Assembly (NCBI RefSeq): GCF_900167395.1
Contig: NZ_FUWK01000041.1
Coordinates: forward strand, 1-24,244
Length of the DNA stretch: 24,244 nucleotides
Direction of reading: 5' to 3'
DNA from: Nitrosomonas europaea
Lineage (GTDB): Bacteria > Pseudomonadota > Gammaproteobacteria > Burkholderiales > Nitrosomonadaceae
In this document: in pieces, positions 17,008-24,244 of the stretch
How the letters are laid out: every line of letters begins with the position of its first letter
Position numbering within the stretch: position 1 is the first letter of the stretch
Translations under genes and position numbers: made by a program
Notes under the pieces: generated by a model
What the model was told of the DNA's origin: nothing
Databases searched by the model: none
The model's input: the letters and a program-made list of their open reading frames with translations, nothing else

Positions 17008-17718
17008 ATGGATTTCCAGATCACCAGACGTTATCCCTGCAGCTATCTGCCGGGAGAGCTCGCTCGCTCGCGTATCGTGGTCACTGACGACACTCTGTCG
17101 GACAGCAATACCTATGCCCAACTGATTCAGCAGGGGTATCGACGCAGCGGCAGCTTAATCTATCGCCCGGACTGCGATTACTGTCACGCCTGTATTCCGG
17201 TGCGCATCCCGGTGGAGCTGTTTGATCCCAATCGCACCCAGCGCAGAATATGGAAACGACATCAGCACTTGCAGATCGCCTGGCATCCCCTGCATTTCGA
17301 TCCTGTACACTTTGATCTCTACCAGCGCTACCAGAAATCCCGTCACACAAATGGCAGCATGGATCAGGACGATGAAAACGGACGCAAACAGTACCGTGAT
17401 TTTCTGCTGAAAAGTACAGTGGATTCCTTTCTGGTAACATTTCACGAAAATGAACAGCTGCGCATGGTCAGCATCATCGACCGGCTGCCGGATGGACTGT
17501 CACCGGTTTATACCTTCTTCGAGCCGGATGTACCCGGATCGAGTTACGGCACCTTCAACATCCTGTGGCAGACAGCTCAATGCCGTGCTGACCGGCTGCC
17601 TTACCTTTATCTCGGCTACTGGATTGCAAACAGCCGGAAGATGCACTACAAAGCCAATTTCCAGCCGCTGCAGTATCTGATCGACAACCAGTGGCAATAC
17701 CGCACAACGAACCGATAA
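17008..17718 (+). CDS. bpt: Bacterial arginyl/leucyl-tRNA--protein transferase (Bpt, ATE family).
   Basis: A 236-aa product: [24 protein letters not shown]...[26 protein letters not shown] (ATE_N Cys cluster) and ..[21 protein letters not shown]...GTFNILWQ...[24 protein letters not shown] (ATE_C). It starts 2 nt after the aat stop. Confidence 0.9.
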
Positions 17719-17720
17719 AT

Positions 17721-18749
17721 ATGATGTACAACCTGCTGCGCCCGCTACTGTTTCTGCTTGACCCCGAAACTGCTCACACCGTTACACTGGATACACTCAA
17801 CCTGCTGAAGAGAACCGGGTTGCTGCCCGATCGCACCATCGACTGCACTCCTGTTCGCGTCATGGAGCTGGATTTTCCCAATCCAGTCGGGCTGGCAGCC
17901 GGCCTCGACAAGAATGGGACCTGCATCAGCGCACTGGCCTCTCTGGGATTTGGCTTTATCGAAGTGGGAACCATCACCCCGCGCCCGCAGGTCGGTAATC
18001 CCCGGCCACGACTGTTTCGCATTCCACAGGCTGAAGCAATCATCAATCGGATGGGATTCAATAACGTTGGTGTGGATAAGCTGATAGAAAATGTCCAGCA
18101 ATCCGGCTACCGCGGCATACTGGGTATCAATATCGGTAAAAATGCGGATACCCCTCTGCAGAATGCAATCGATGATTACCTGATCTGTTTACGCAAGGTG
18201 TACCTGCATGCCAGTTACGTCACTGTCAATATTTCCTCTCCCAATACCCAGCAGCTCAGACAACTGCAAAATGAAACCGAGCTGGAACATTTACTGGGCG
18301 CACTTAAGGCGGAACAAACCCGTCTGAGTGATCTCCACGGTCGCTACACGCCACTAGCCATCAAGATTGCCCCTGATCTGGAATCCGAACAAATTACCGT
18401 AATTGCATCGCTGTTAATGAAACACCGCATGGATGCGGTGATTGCGACCAACACCACCACTGCAAGAGAGGGTGTCGAACATTTGCCACGCGGCAATGAA
18501 AAAGGTGGATTGAGTGGCGCACCATTAACGGAACGCAGTACCACAGTCATCCGTCAGCTTGCCAACCATCTCCAGCATGCCATTCCCATCATCGGAGCGG
18601 GTGGCATCATGTCAGCCCGGGATGCGCAACTCAAAATCGAAGCAGGCGCCAGTCTGGTACAGATTTATTCCGGGCTGATTTATCGCGGCCCGGATCTGGT
18701 TACAAAAACCGTCTCACTGCTTTGCTCCCGCACTACCCATGCTGGATAA
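17721..18749 (+). CDS. pyrD: Dihydroorotate dehydrogenase (quinone), class 2.
   Basis: [20 protein letters not shown].. N-terminus like E. coli PyrD, with [28 protein letters not shown] (catalytic Ser) and GAGGI blocks. It starts 2 nt after the bpt stop. ATG 17724 is equally possible. Confidence 0.93.
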   Translation: MMYNLLRPLLFLLDPETAHTVTLDTLNLLKRTGLLPDRTIDCTPVRVMELDFPNPVGLAAGLDKNGTCISALASLGFGFIEVGTITPRPQVGNPRPRLFRIPQAEAIINRMGFNNVGVDKLIENVQQSGYRGILGINIGKNADTPLQNAIDDYLICLRKVYLHASYVTVNISSPNTQQLRQLQNETELEHLLGALKAEQTRLSDLHGRYTPLAIKIAPDLESEQITVIASLLMKHRMDAVIATNTTTAREGVEHLPRGNEKGGLSGAPLTERSTTVIRQLANHLQHAIPIIGAGGIMSARDAQLKIEAGASLVQIYSGLIYRGPDLVTKTVSLLCSRTTHAG

Positions 18750-19395
18750 AAATTCACTGACCGAACAGATCGACGCCGTGCTGCCGCAAACCCAATGCGG
18801 GCAGTGTGGATTCGATGGATGTAAACCCTATGCGACAGCCATTGTTGAAGGCCATGCGGATATCGACCAGTGTCCACCCGGCGGTGACGCTGGTGTGGCT
18901 CAAATTGCAGCGATCCTGAATATTGCCCCGAAGCCACTGAACACGACTTATGGCCATCCCAAACCGCCTGCCATCGCCGTCATCGATGAATCTCAATGTA
19001 TCGGCTGCACATTCTGCCTGCGCGCCTGCCCGGTAGATGCCATCATTGGCGCAGCCAAACATATACATACCGTTCTGACCGAGTTATGTACCGGTTGCGA
19101 ACGTTGTATCGCCCCCTGCCCGATGGATTGCATCAGCATGGTATCCGTACCCGCCCCGGCCACACCCGAAATCCGGCAACAGATCGCTGACGGTGCACGG
19201 GAGCGATATCACTTGAGACTACTCAGGCTGGCACGCCAGCAGCAACGCACCAGGAAACCAGAGCAGAACAAACCGAAAGAAGCCACAATCCCCACGGCAC
19301 AACAGGCAACCGATACGAAACAGGCAGCCATCCAGGCCGCCATGGAACGTGCACGAGCTGCACTTGCCCGCTCAAACATCCCCAACAAGGACTGA
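18739..19395 (+). CDS. RnfB/RsxB-like iron-sulfur ferredoxin with a Lys/Gln/Ala-rich C-terminal tail.
   Basis: [18 protein letters not shown]...CPPGG (RnfB-type N-terminal cluster) plus two 4Fe-4S ferredoxin motifs ([12 protein letters not shown] and [12 protein letters not shown]). It overlaps the pyrD end by 11 nt. Its stop is immediately followed by the nth ATG. Confidence 0.85.
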   Translation: MLDKNSLTEQIDAVLPQTQCGQCGFDGCKPYATAIVEGHADIDQCPPGGDAGVAQIAAILNIAPKPLNTTYGHPKPPAIAVIDESQCIGCTFCLRACPVDAIIGAAKHIHTVLTELCTGCERCIAPCPMDCISMVSVPAPATPEIRQQIADGARERYHLRLLRLARQQQRTRKPEQNKPKEATIPTAQQATDTKQAAIQAAMERARAALARSNIPNKD

Positions 19396-20067
19396 ATGAA
19401 CACGACCAAACGCCGGGAGATATTCACCCGATTCAGGGCAGCCAATCCCCGTCCGACAACCGAACTCGAATACCAGACACCGTTTCAATTACTGATTGCC
19501 GTCATCCTCTCGGCACAAGCCACTGATAAAAGTGTCAATTTGGCCACACGAAAACTGTTCCTGGTGGCGGATACTCCCGAAAAAATCCTGCAACTGGGAG
19601 AAACCGGCCTCAGCCCGTTCATTCAGCGCATCGGGTTGTTTCGCACCAAAACCAGGAATATTCTTGCCACCTGCCAATTATTGATCGAACAGTACAACGG
19701 TGAGGTCCCACGCACCCGCACGGAACTGGAAAAGCTGCCGGGAGTCGGTCGGAAAACCGCCAGCGTGATTCTGAATACTGCCTTTGGCGAACCCACCATT
19801 GCAGTGGATACGCATATTTTCCGCGTAGCCAACCGTATCGGTATCGCACCAGGTAAAAATGTCCTGGAAGTGGAACGCAAACTGCTCAAGGTGGTACCAG
19901 ATGAATTCCGTCACGATGCCCACCACTGGCTGATCCTGCACGGGCGTTACATCTGCAAAGCCAGGAAACCCCTATGTCACCAGTGCCTGATCGTGGATTT
20001 ATGCGAATTCAAGGAAAAAAATCTGGAAGGAACTGCATCCTCACTCGATATGAAACAGTTGACATGA
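19396..20067 (+). CDS. nth: Endonuclease III (DNA-(apurinic/apyrimidinic site) lyase / glycosylase).
   Basis: ..PFQLLIAVILSAQATDKSVN.. , HhH-GPD block LPGVGRKTASVILN, VDTHIFRVANR, and the C-x6-C-x2-C-x5-C cluster (CKARKPLCHQCLIVDLC). Confidence 0.94.
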   Translation: MNTTKRREIFTRFRAANPRPTTELEYQTPFQLLIAVILSAQATDKSVNLATRKLFLVADTPEKILQLGETGLSPFIQRIGLFRTKTRNILATCQLLIEQYNGEVPRTRTELEKLPGVGRKTASVILNTAFGEPTIAVDTHIFRVANRIGIAPGKNVLEVERKLLKVVPDEFRHDAHHWLILHGRYICKARKPLCHQCLIVDLCEFKEKNLEGTASSLDMKQLT

Positions 20068-20459
20068 AGCGTAATGCTCTCATCCATTCTCTGCAAACCC
20101 ACATATCGGATCTACTGGCAATTTATGCTTTCGGCAGCCGTATTCAGGGTACAGCCAGGTTGGACAGCGATCTGGATCTGGCCGTACTGGTAGCGGGCTA
20201 TACTGATCCATTGATTCTGTTCGAAGTCGCGAACGAACTGGCCGATGTGGCAGGCTACGCGGTTGATCTGCTCGACCTGCGAGCTGCCTCCACTGTGATG
20301 CAATACCAGATCATTACCACCGGGAAACGCTGGTGGACACTGGATATGCAGGCAGCCTTATTTGAGGCATTCATCCTGAGTGAGAAAACCGCTCTTGATG
20401 TAGCACGTGCCGGGTTACTGGCTGACATCCGACAAAGAGGAACAGTCTATGGCCGATGA
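20064..20459 (+). CDS. mntA: MNT-type nucleotidyltransferase, the antitoxin of a type VII HepT/MntA toxin-antitoxin pair.
   Basis: A 131-aa product. It has the minimal nucleotidyltransferase motif GS-x10-DxD (IYAFGSRIQGTARLDSDLDLAV). Its ATG overlaps the nth stop (ATGA at 20064-20067). A DUF86 gene follows with an 11-nt overlap. Confidence 0.85.
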   Translation: MKRNALIHSLQTHISDLLAIYAFGSRIQGTARLDSDLDLAVLVAGYTDPLILFEVANELADVAGYAVDLLDLRAASTVMQYQIITTGKRWWTLDMQAALFEAFILSEKTALDVARAGLLADIRQRGTVYGR

Positions 20460-20886
20460 TGTACTGATCAACAAAGCAGCAACGATTGAACGCTGCGTGG
20501 CGCGGGCACATGAGGAATACGCTGCCAATCCAGAAAATTTTGCCACTGATTACACTCGCCAGGATGCGGCCATTCTCAACATTCAGCGAGCCTGCGAAGC
20601 AGCGTTGGACATGGGCCAGCATCTGATTCGCCGTGAAAAACTGGGAATTCCACAAAGCACCCGTGATGTGTTTTCCTTACTGGCACGCGGTGGCTGGATC
20701 AATATTGAACTGGCTGACAGTCTTAAACGGATGGTGAGTTTTCAGAATATCGCCGTGCATGATTACATTGCCCTGCAACTGCCTATTACCGTAAGAATCA
20801 TCGAAAATCACCTGGATGAATTTTTACAGTACAGCCAGACTCTGTTGCTGCATGACGCAGCGTTAGGCGGGAACCAGAGAGGATAA
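20449..20886 (+). CDS. hepT: HepT (DUF86/HEPN) toxin homologue with a variant active-site motif (Qx4HxY).
   Basis: A 145-aa product: MADDVLINKAATIERCVARAHEEY...NIQRACEAALDMGQHLI...LKRMVSFQNIAVHDY.. The architecture and the partner MNT gene are typical of HepT. The expected RNIAVHDY reads QNIAVHDY (CAG at 20743-20745). Confidence 0.82.
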   Translation: MADDVLINKAATIERCVARAHEEYAANPENFATDYTRQDAAILNIQRACEAALDMGQHLIRREKLGIPQSTRDVFSLLARGGWINIELADSLKRMVSFQNIAVHDYIALQLPITVRIIENHLDEFLQYSQTLLLHDAALGGNQRG

Positions 20887-20911
20887 CAGTTTCGTGAGAT
20901 GACCGACAGCC

Positions 20912-21817
20912 TTATTGTCCTGATGCGGCAGAGGCAAAGATGAAGGAAGTTCTATTGACCACACCAGGCTGGTACGGGTGAGAGGTCTTGTTGTAGCGTG
21001 ACATAATTTTGTCGACATACTTTACAGTTTCAGGATAAGGTGGAATACCGCGATATTTCTCGACGGCACCTTCGCCCGCATTGTAGGCTGCGGCCACCAG
21101 CGCCACATCTCCTTTGAAGAAGGCGAGCAACCATCTCAGATAAGCCATCCCACCCCTGATATTTTCTTCCGGATCAAAAACATCTCTGACCTGAAATCTT
21201 TCAGCAGTCGCGGGAATGAGCTGCATCAACCCCTGTGCATTTTTGGGAGAAACCGCCTGTGTATTGAAACCGGACTCAACCGCAATGACTGCGAGTACGA
21301 GACCCGGATCAATCTCGTATTGTGGAGCCAGTTTTTCCACAAGTGCAGAAATAGACTGATCAACATAGTATTTGTTCGGTGTAATGTTTGTCCGAACGTA
21401 AACATTTCTACTCAGACAATTTGGTAACTGCACTTTCCGTTTATCCGGTAGAGGCATGAATCGCAGTAACTTTTGTGCATCCGCATGCTTCCGGGCAGCA
21501 GCCATCTCGAATAATCTGGCAGCAATCCCATCATTACGCTCGACCCCACGTCCGTTGGCATACATCCACCCCAGTGCATACTGCCCCTCGGCCGAGCCTT
21601 GCCGGGCTGCTTGACAATAAAGCTCCACTGCTTTTTCCCTGTCTTGCAGCACACCTTCACCATGCTCATACTGCCGAGCCTGTGCTACCAGTATGTCGCC
21701 CCCCCCCTTAACACCAGCATACCGTACAGCCTGAATATCCCTCCCACTGTGAGCAACGGCAGTATGTAATACCAGAAAACTCAATACAGCCCATTGCCAT
21801 TTGAAGGAGATACGCAT
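20912..21817 (-). CDS. Secreted Sel1-repeat (TPR-like) / lytic transglycosylase (SLT domain) fusion protein.
   Basis: Signal peptide MRISFKWQWAVLSFLVLHTAVAHS. Two Sel1 repeats follow (YEHGEGVLQDREKAVELYCQAARQGSAEGQYALGWMYANGRGVERNDGIAARLFEMAA). SLT blocks are present: AVIAVESGFN (catalytic Glu), AQGLMQLIP and AAYNAGEGAV. Confidence 0.88.
   Translation of the reverse strand: MRISFKWQWAVLSFLVLHTAVAHSGRDIQAVRYAGVKGGGDILVAQARQYEHGEGVLQDREKAVELYCQAARQGSAEGQYALGWMYANGRGVERNDGIAARLFEMAAARKHADAQKLLRFMPLPDKRKVQLPNCLSRNVYVRTNITPNKYYVDQSISALVEKLAPQYEIDPGLVLAVIAVESGFNTQAVSPKNAQGLMQLIPATAERFQVRDVFDPEENIRGGMAYLRWLLAFFKGDVALVAAAYNAGEGAVEKYRGIPPYPETVKYVDKIMSRYNKTSHPYQPGVVNRTSFIFASAASGQ
21699..21707 (-). repeat. 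Homopolymeric G9 tract (C9 on the plus strand) inside codons 37-40 of the Sel1-SLT gene.
   Basis: Plus strand reads ..GTCG CCCCCCCCC TTAAC... In the coding sense this is AAG GGG GGG GGC (K-G-G-G). It is the longest G/C homopolymer I could find in the window. Confidence 0.95.
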
Positions 21818-22058
21818 ATTTCTCTTCTGCTCCTGAGAGTTAAAGTATTGTTTTATTGATAATTAACGGAGCAACAATCGTGCCAGAATACAGAAACATT
21901 CCGGCTTCAGTGATAACTGTTTGCTTACGGGCAGAAATTTTTCAGATGTTTCCCGGCAAATTCACCAAGATAAACTGGCCTTGCAAACAATGTAAAAAAT
22001 TCCGACAAATACGGATTTGACGATACAAAATATTTCAGCGAACCCCCTCATAAAGCTT

Positions 22059-23621
22059 TTATTCGTTTTCAGGCTGTGTACGATGCACGCGCACTTTGCC
22101 GATATTATGCTTATTGACCGAAACGATCTCAAAAATCAGGCCATCAACCGTAATCTGTTCCCCCGCTGCAGGAATATAGCCAAACTGCCAGAGCAAATAA
22201 CCACCGAGTGTGGAATAACGTTCAGCCTCGTCCACCAGATCATGCTCCAGCAGATTGGATGCCTTGCGAATACTGATCCATCCATCCATCAGCCAGGTGC
22301 CATCAGCCTGTTGCTCTGCCACTACTTTTTCTTCACCCGCATCCAGAAACTCACCCGCAATCGCCTCCAGAATATCCGCCGGCGTAACGATTCCCTCAAC
22401 CGATCCATACTCATCCACGATCACTGCCAACTGTAACGTCTGGTTACGAAGCTGCTCCATCAGCTTGATCACAGGAACCCGTTCAAGCACCACGATCGGA
22501 TGACGCAGCGACTTTTCCAGATTGATCTTCCCTTCTTCCAGCATGTCACGCAGCAAATCCTTAGCAAATGCAGCACCTACAAACTCATCAACATTACCGT
22601 GTGCCAGCAGAAAACGTGAGTGACCGCTATCAATTATTTTTGCCCTGATCATCTCACTGGTATCTCCCAGATCCAGCCAATCGATATCAGTACGCGGTGT
22701 CATGATGGACATGGCAGGGCGCCCGGCCAGTGTCAGCACTCCTTCAATCATTTCCTTTTCTTCACGGGCGAACAGGTCATTTTCGGCCACCTGCTGCGCG
22801 ATCACTTCTGATGTCTCACCCAGCCCGACTTCACCATGCCGCCCGCCAAGCAACCGCAACACGGCTTCAGCAGTACGATCACGCAAATCCCCGGTAGTAA
22901 TGAGCTTTTCCTTGTTATGTCTGGCAATCTGATTAAAGGTCTCAATCAGGATGGAAAAACTGATCGCAGCATAGAGGTACCCTTTGGGCACATGAAAGTT
23001 GAAGCCTTCGATCACGAGCGAAAAACCGATCATCATCAGAAAGCCCAGGCAGAGAATGACAACGGTAGGATGTCTGGAGACGAAAATCATCAACGGCCCG
23101 GAAGAAACCATCATGACAATGATCGCGATGATAACGGCGATCATCATCACCGAGAGGTGCTCCACCATTCCGACTGCAGTAATCATGCTGTCAAGCGAAA
23201 AAACCGCATCCAGCACGATGATCTGCACGATGACCTGCCAGAAAACGGCATGCACACCCTTGCCTTCTTTTTGTCCATCCTGCCCCTCCAGTCGGCTGTG
23301 CAGCTCCATCGTTCCCTTGAAAAGCAGGAATATCCCCCCGAACAAAAGAATCAGATTTCGCCAGGACAGCTCGACATCGAACAGTGTCAGCAGCGGCGTA
23401 GTGAGCGTTATGACCCAGGAAATGGATGCCAGCAGAATGAGGCGCATGATGAGCGCCAGAGAAAGACCAACGATGCGCGCTTTTCCGCGCTGATGTGGCG
23501 GCAGCTTATCCGTCAGTATTGCAATGAAAACCAGGTTATCGATCCCCAGTACGATTTCCAGAATAACCAGCGTTGCCAGCCCCGCCCACGCAGCGGGATC
23601 GACTACCCATTCAAAAAACAC
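22059..23621 (-). CDS. TerC-family integral membrane protein with C-terminal CBS pair and CorC/HlyC transporter-associated domain (YoaE-like).
   Basis: A 520-aa product with GTG start: (M)[60 protein letters not shown].. (TerC). A CBS region follows ([12 protein letters not shown]...[24 protein letters not shown]...[22 protein letters not shown]). The CorC_HlyC tail is [37 protein letters not shown]. Confidence 0.9.
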   Translation of the reverse strand: MFFEWVVDPAAWAGLATLVILEIVLGIDNLVFIAILTDKLPPHQRGKARIVGLSLALIMRLILLASISWVITLTTPLLTLFDVELSWRNLILLFGGIFLLFKGTMELHSRLEGQDGQKEGKGVHAVFWQVIVQIIVLDAVFSLDSMITAVGMVEHLSVMMIAVIIAIIVMMVSSGPLMIFVSRHPTVVILCLGFLMMIGFSLVIEGFNFHVPKGYLYAAISFSILIETFNQIARHNKEKLITTGDLRDRTAEAVLRLLGGRHGEVGLGETSEVIAQQVAENDLFAREEKEMIEGVLTLAGRPAMSIMTPRTDIDWLDLGDTSEMIRAKIIDSGHSRFLLAHGNVDEFVGAAFAKDLLRDMLEEGKINLEKSLRHPIVVLERVPVIKLMEQLRNQTLQLAVIVDEYGSVEGIVTPADILEAIAGEFLDAGEEKVVAEQQADGTWLMDGWISIRKASNLLEHDLVDEAERYSTLGGYLLWQFGYIPAAGEQITVDGLIFEIVSVNKHNIGKVRVHRTQPENE

Positions 23622-23927
23622 TTTTTCTGATACCTGAAAGAAATTGAAAGACTGTAATCAAGGATATGAAGTATCCAAATCCGGATAAAAGGAAATCACA
23701 CCGTAGACGAGTGCGAACTATCAATATAGTACAAGTTTTTTCAGACAAGCAAACACTGAAAAACGGGATGAAGACTCCTGAAGGTAGTTTACCCCCGACT
23801 TCGTGAGCTGCATAAGCGGCATGGAGATCCAGAAATCTCTTAATTGGCTTGCGAAGTTGCTCTTTCACACAGAGCTATATGTAAAGGTACGCCAATCCCC
23901 CCTAAAAGCATGTTTGTAGTAGTTGAG

Positions 23928-23975
23928 ATCTGATCTGACAGTTACCCGATTTGACGAGTGCCTGTTAGATCAGAT
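23928..23975. repeat. Imperfect 13-bp inverted repeat (12/13 match) with a 22-nt spacer, immediately downstream of the IS481-family transposase stop.
   Basis: ATCTGATCTGACA (23928-23940) and TGTTAGATCAGAT (23963-23975). It is probably part of the IS terminus or a 3' hairpin of the transposase transcript. Confidence 0.6.
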
Positions 23976-24244
23976 TCAGTTATTCAATTCGGTAATTTTA
24001 TCGTCCCATATCTCCTTTGCGTCAATTAAAGTTTGCATCGGGGTGCGTCCACAGCACATTTTTCCCTGGTGAGTCCGCACACTGTTGTAGTACGCCATCC
24101 AATCATCCAGATCGTGTTGTAACTCTTCAATGGACTGGTAAATCTTGCGCCGGAATGTCACCTGGTAGAACTCCTGCAAGATGGTTTTGTGAAAGCGTTC
24201 GCAAATACCGTTGGTCTGCGGATGATTGGCTTTCGTTTTGGAAT
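23976..24244 (-). mobile_element. 3' part of an IS481-family (integrase-core/rve) transposase gene, cut by the window edge. The IS end probably lies between about 23880 and 23975.
   Basis: The minus frame is open to the window edge: ..SKTKANHPQTNGICERFHKTILQEFYQVTFRRKIYQSIEELQHDLDDWMAYYNSVRTHQGKMCCGRTPMQTLIDAKEIWDDKITELNN*. The HPQTNG-x-ERFH..YN..R.H block is the end of the rve/DDE domain. This particular C-terminus is typical of IS481-family entries. Confidence 0.8.

Noticed and set aside
22836-23630. A 264-aa plus-strand ORF, His/Asp/Asn-rich, overlapping the TerC-family gene.
   Set aside because: It is fully antisense to a CDS with strong family motifs. Its composition (runs of H, D, N) is what the complement of hydrophobic membrane codons produces. 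It has no RBS and no recognisable domain.
23611-23868. An 85-aa minus-strand ORF upstream of, and overlapping, the TerC-family gene start.
   Set aside because: It has a GTG start without an RBS and no motif, and it runs into the downstream gene start. It is more likely leader or IS-flank sequence.
23622-23880. A possible yybP-ykoY (Mn2+) riboswitch in the long leader of the TerC-family gene.
   Set aside because: TerC-family genes are often controlled by this riboswitch, so I read the minus strand for its conserved GGGGAGUAG-type and paired loop motifs. I found neither these nor a four-helix layout. A covariance-model scan would be needed to exclude it completely.
1-24244. The idea that the two flanking IS elements define a composite transposon carrying the whole segment.
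   Set aside because: The two transposases belong to different families (IS5 versus IS481), and the cargo is core housekeeping genes in conserved synteny. Independent insertions are the simpler explanation.
1-24244. CRISPR arrays, tandem repeats, integrase or phage genes, and rRNA.
   Set aside because: I saw no regularly spaced direct repeats, no multi-copy tandem units, no integrase next to the tRNAs and no rRNA-like sequence.

Overview
This window is mostly a core-chromosome housekeeping segment. Gene content and order look betaproteobacterial. My guess of a Nitrosomonas-like organism is inference only, from roughly 50% GC and IS-rich flanks.

Two unrelated, window-truncated insertion sequences bracket the segment: an IS5-family transposase 3' end at 1-292 and an IS481-family transposase 3' end at 23976-24244.

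Layout from left to right:
- A lower-GC scar with orphan ORFs (about 293-747).
- Two decayed genes: a carbon-nitrogen hydrolase with a frameshift and a Cys->Gly change at the nucleophile, and a GlxA/AraC-type regulator with an internal deletion plus a frameshift.
- fabI, convergent with ppiD.
- tRNA-Asp, tRNA-Val and hupB.
- A minus-strand cluster of rhodanese(yibN-like)-grxC-secB-SH3b-gpsA.
- argJ, a DUF815 ATPase and a Nudix/ThiE-like fusion.
- An NDH-2-like flavoprotein divergent from mpl.
- A coiled-coil plus beta-barrel outer-membrane protein with an FNR/CRP-type box upstream.
- A gapless plus-strand string aat-bpt-pyrD-rnfB-like-nth that runs straight into an MNT/HepT (type VII) toxin-antitoxin pair.
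- A Sel1-repeat/lytic transglycosylase fusion containing a G9 homopolymer.
- A TerC-CBS-CorC membrane protein.

I do not see a convincing multi-gene novel system. The most checkable unusual signals are:
- The HepT toxin reads Qx4HxY where the catalytic Rx4HxY is expected, and the TA pair is translationally welded to nth.
- A 9-nt G/C homopolymer lies early in the Sel1-SLT gene and could be a slipped-strand switch.
- A near-perfect FNR-type class II promoter sits in front of the unusual OMP, which also has a roughly 150-nt 3' UTR ending in a strong terminator.
- A tract of gene decay lies next to the left IS.

All homology statements come from motif recognition by eye. No searches were run.
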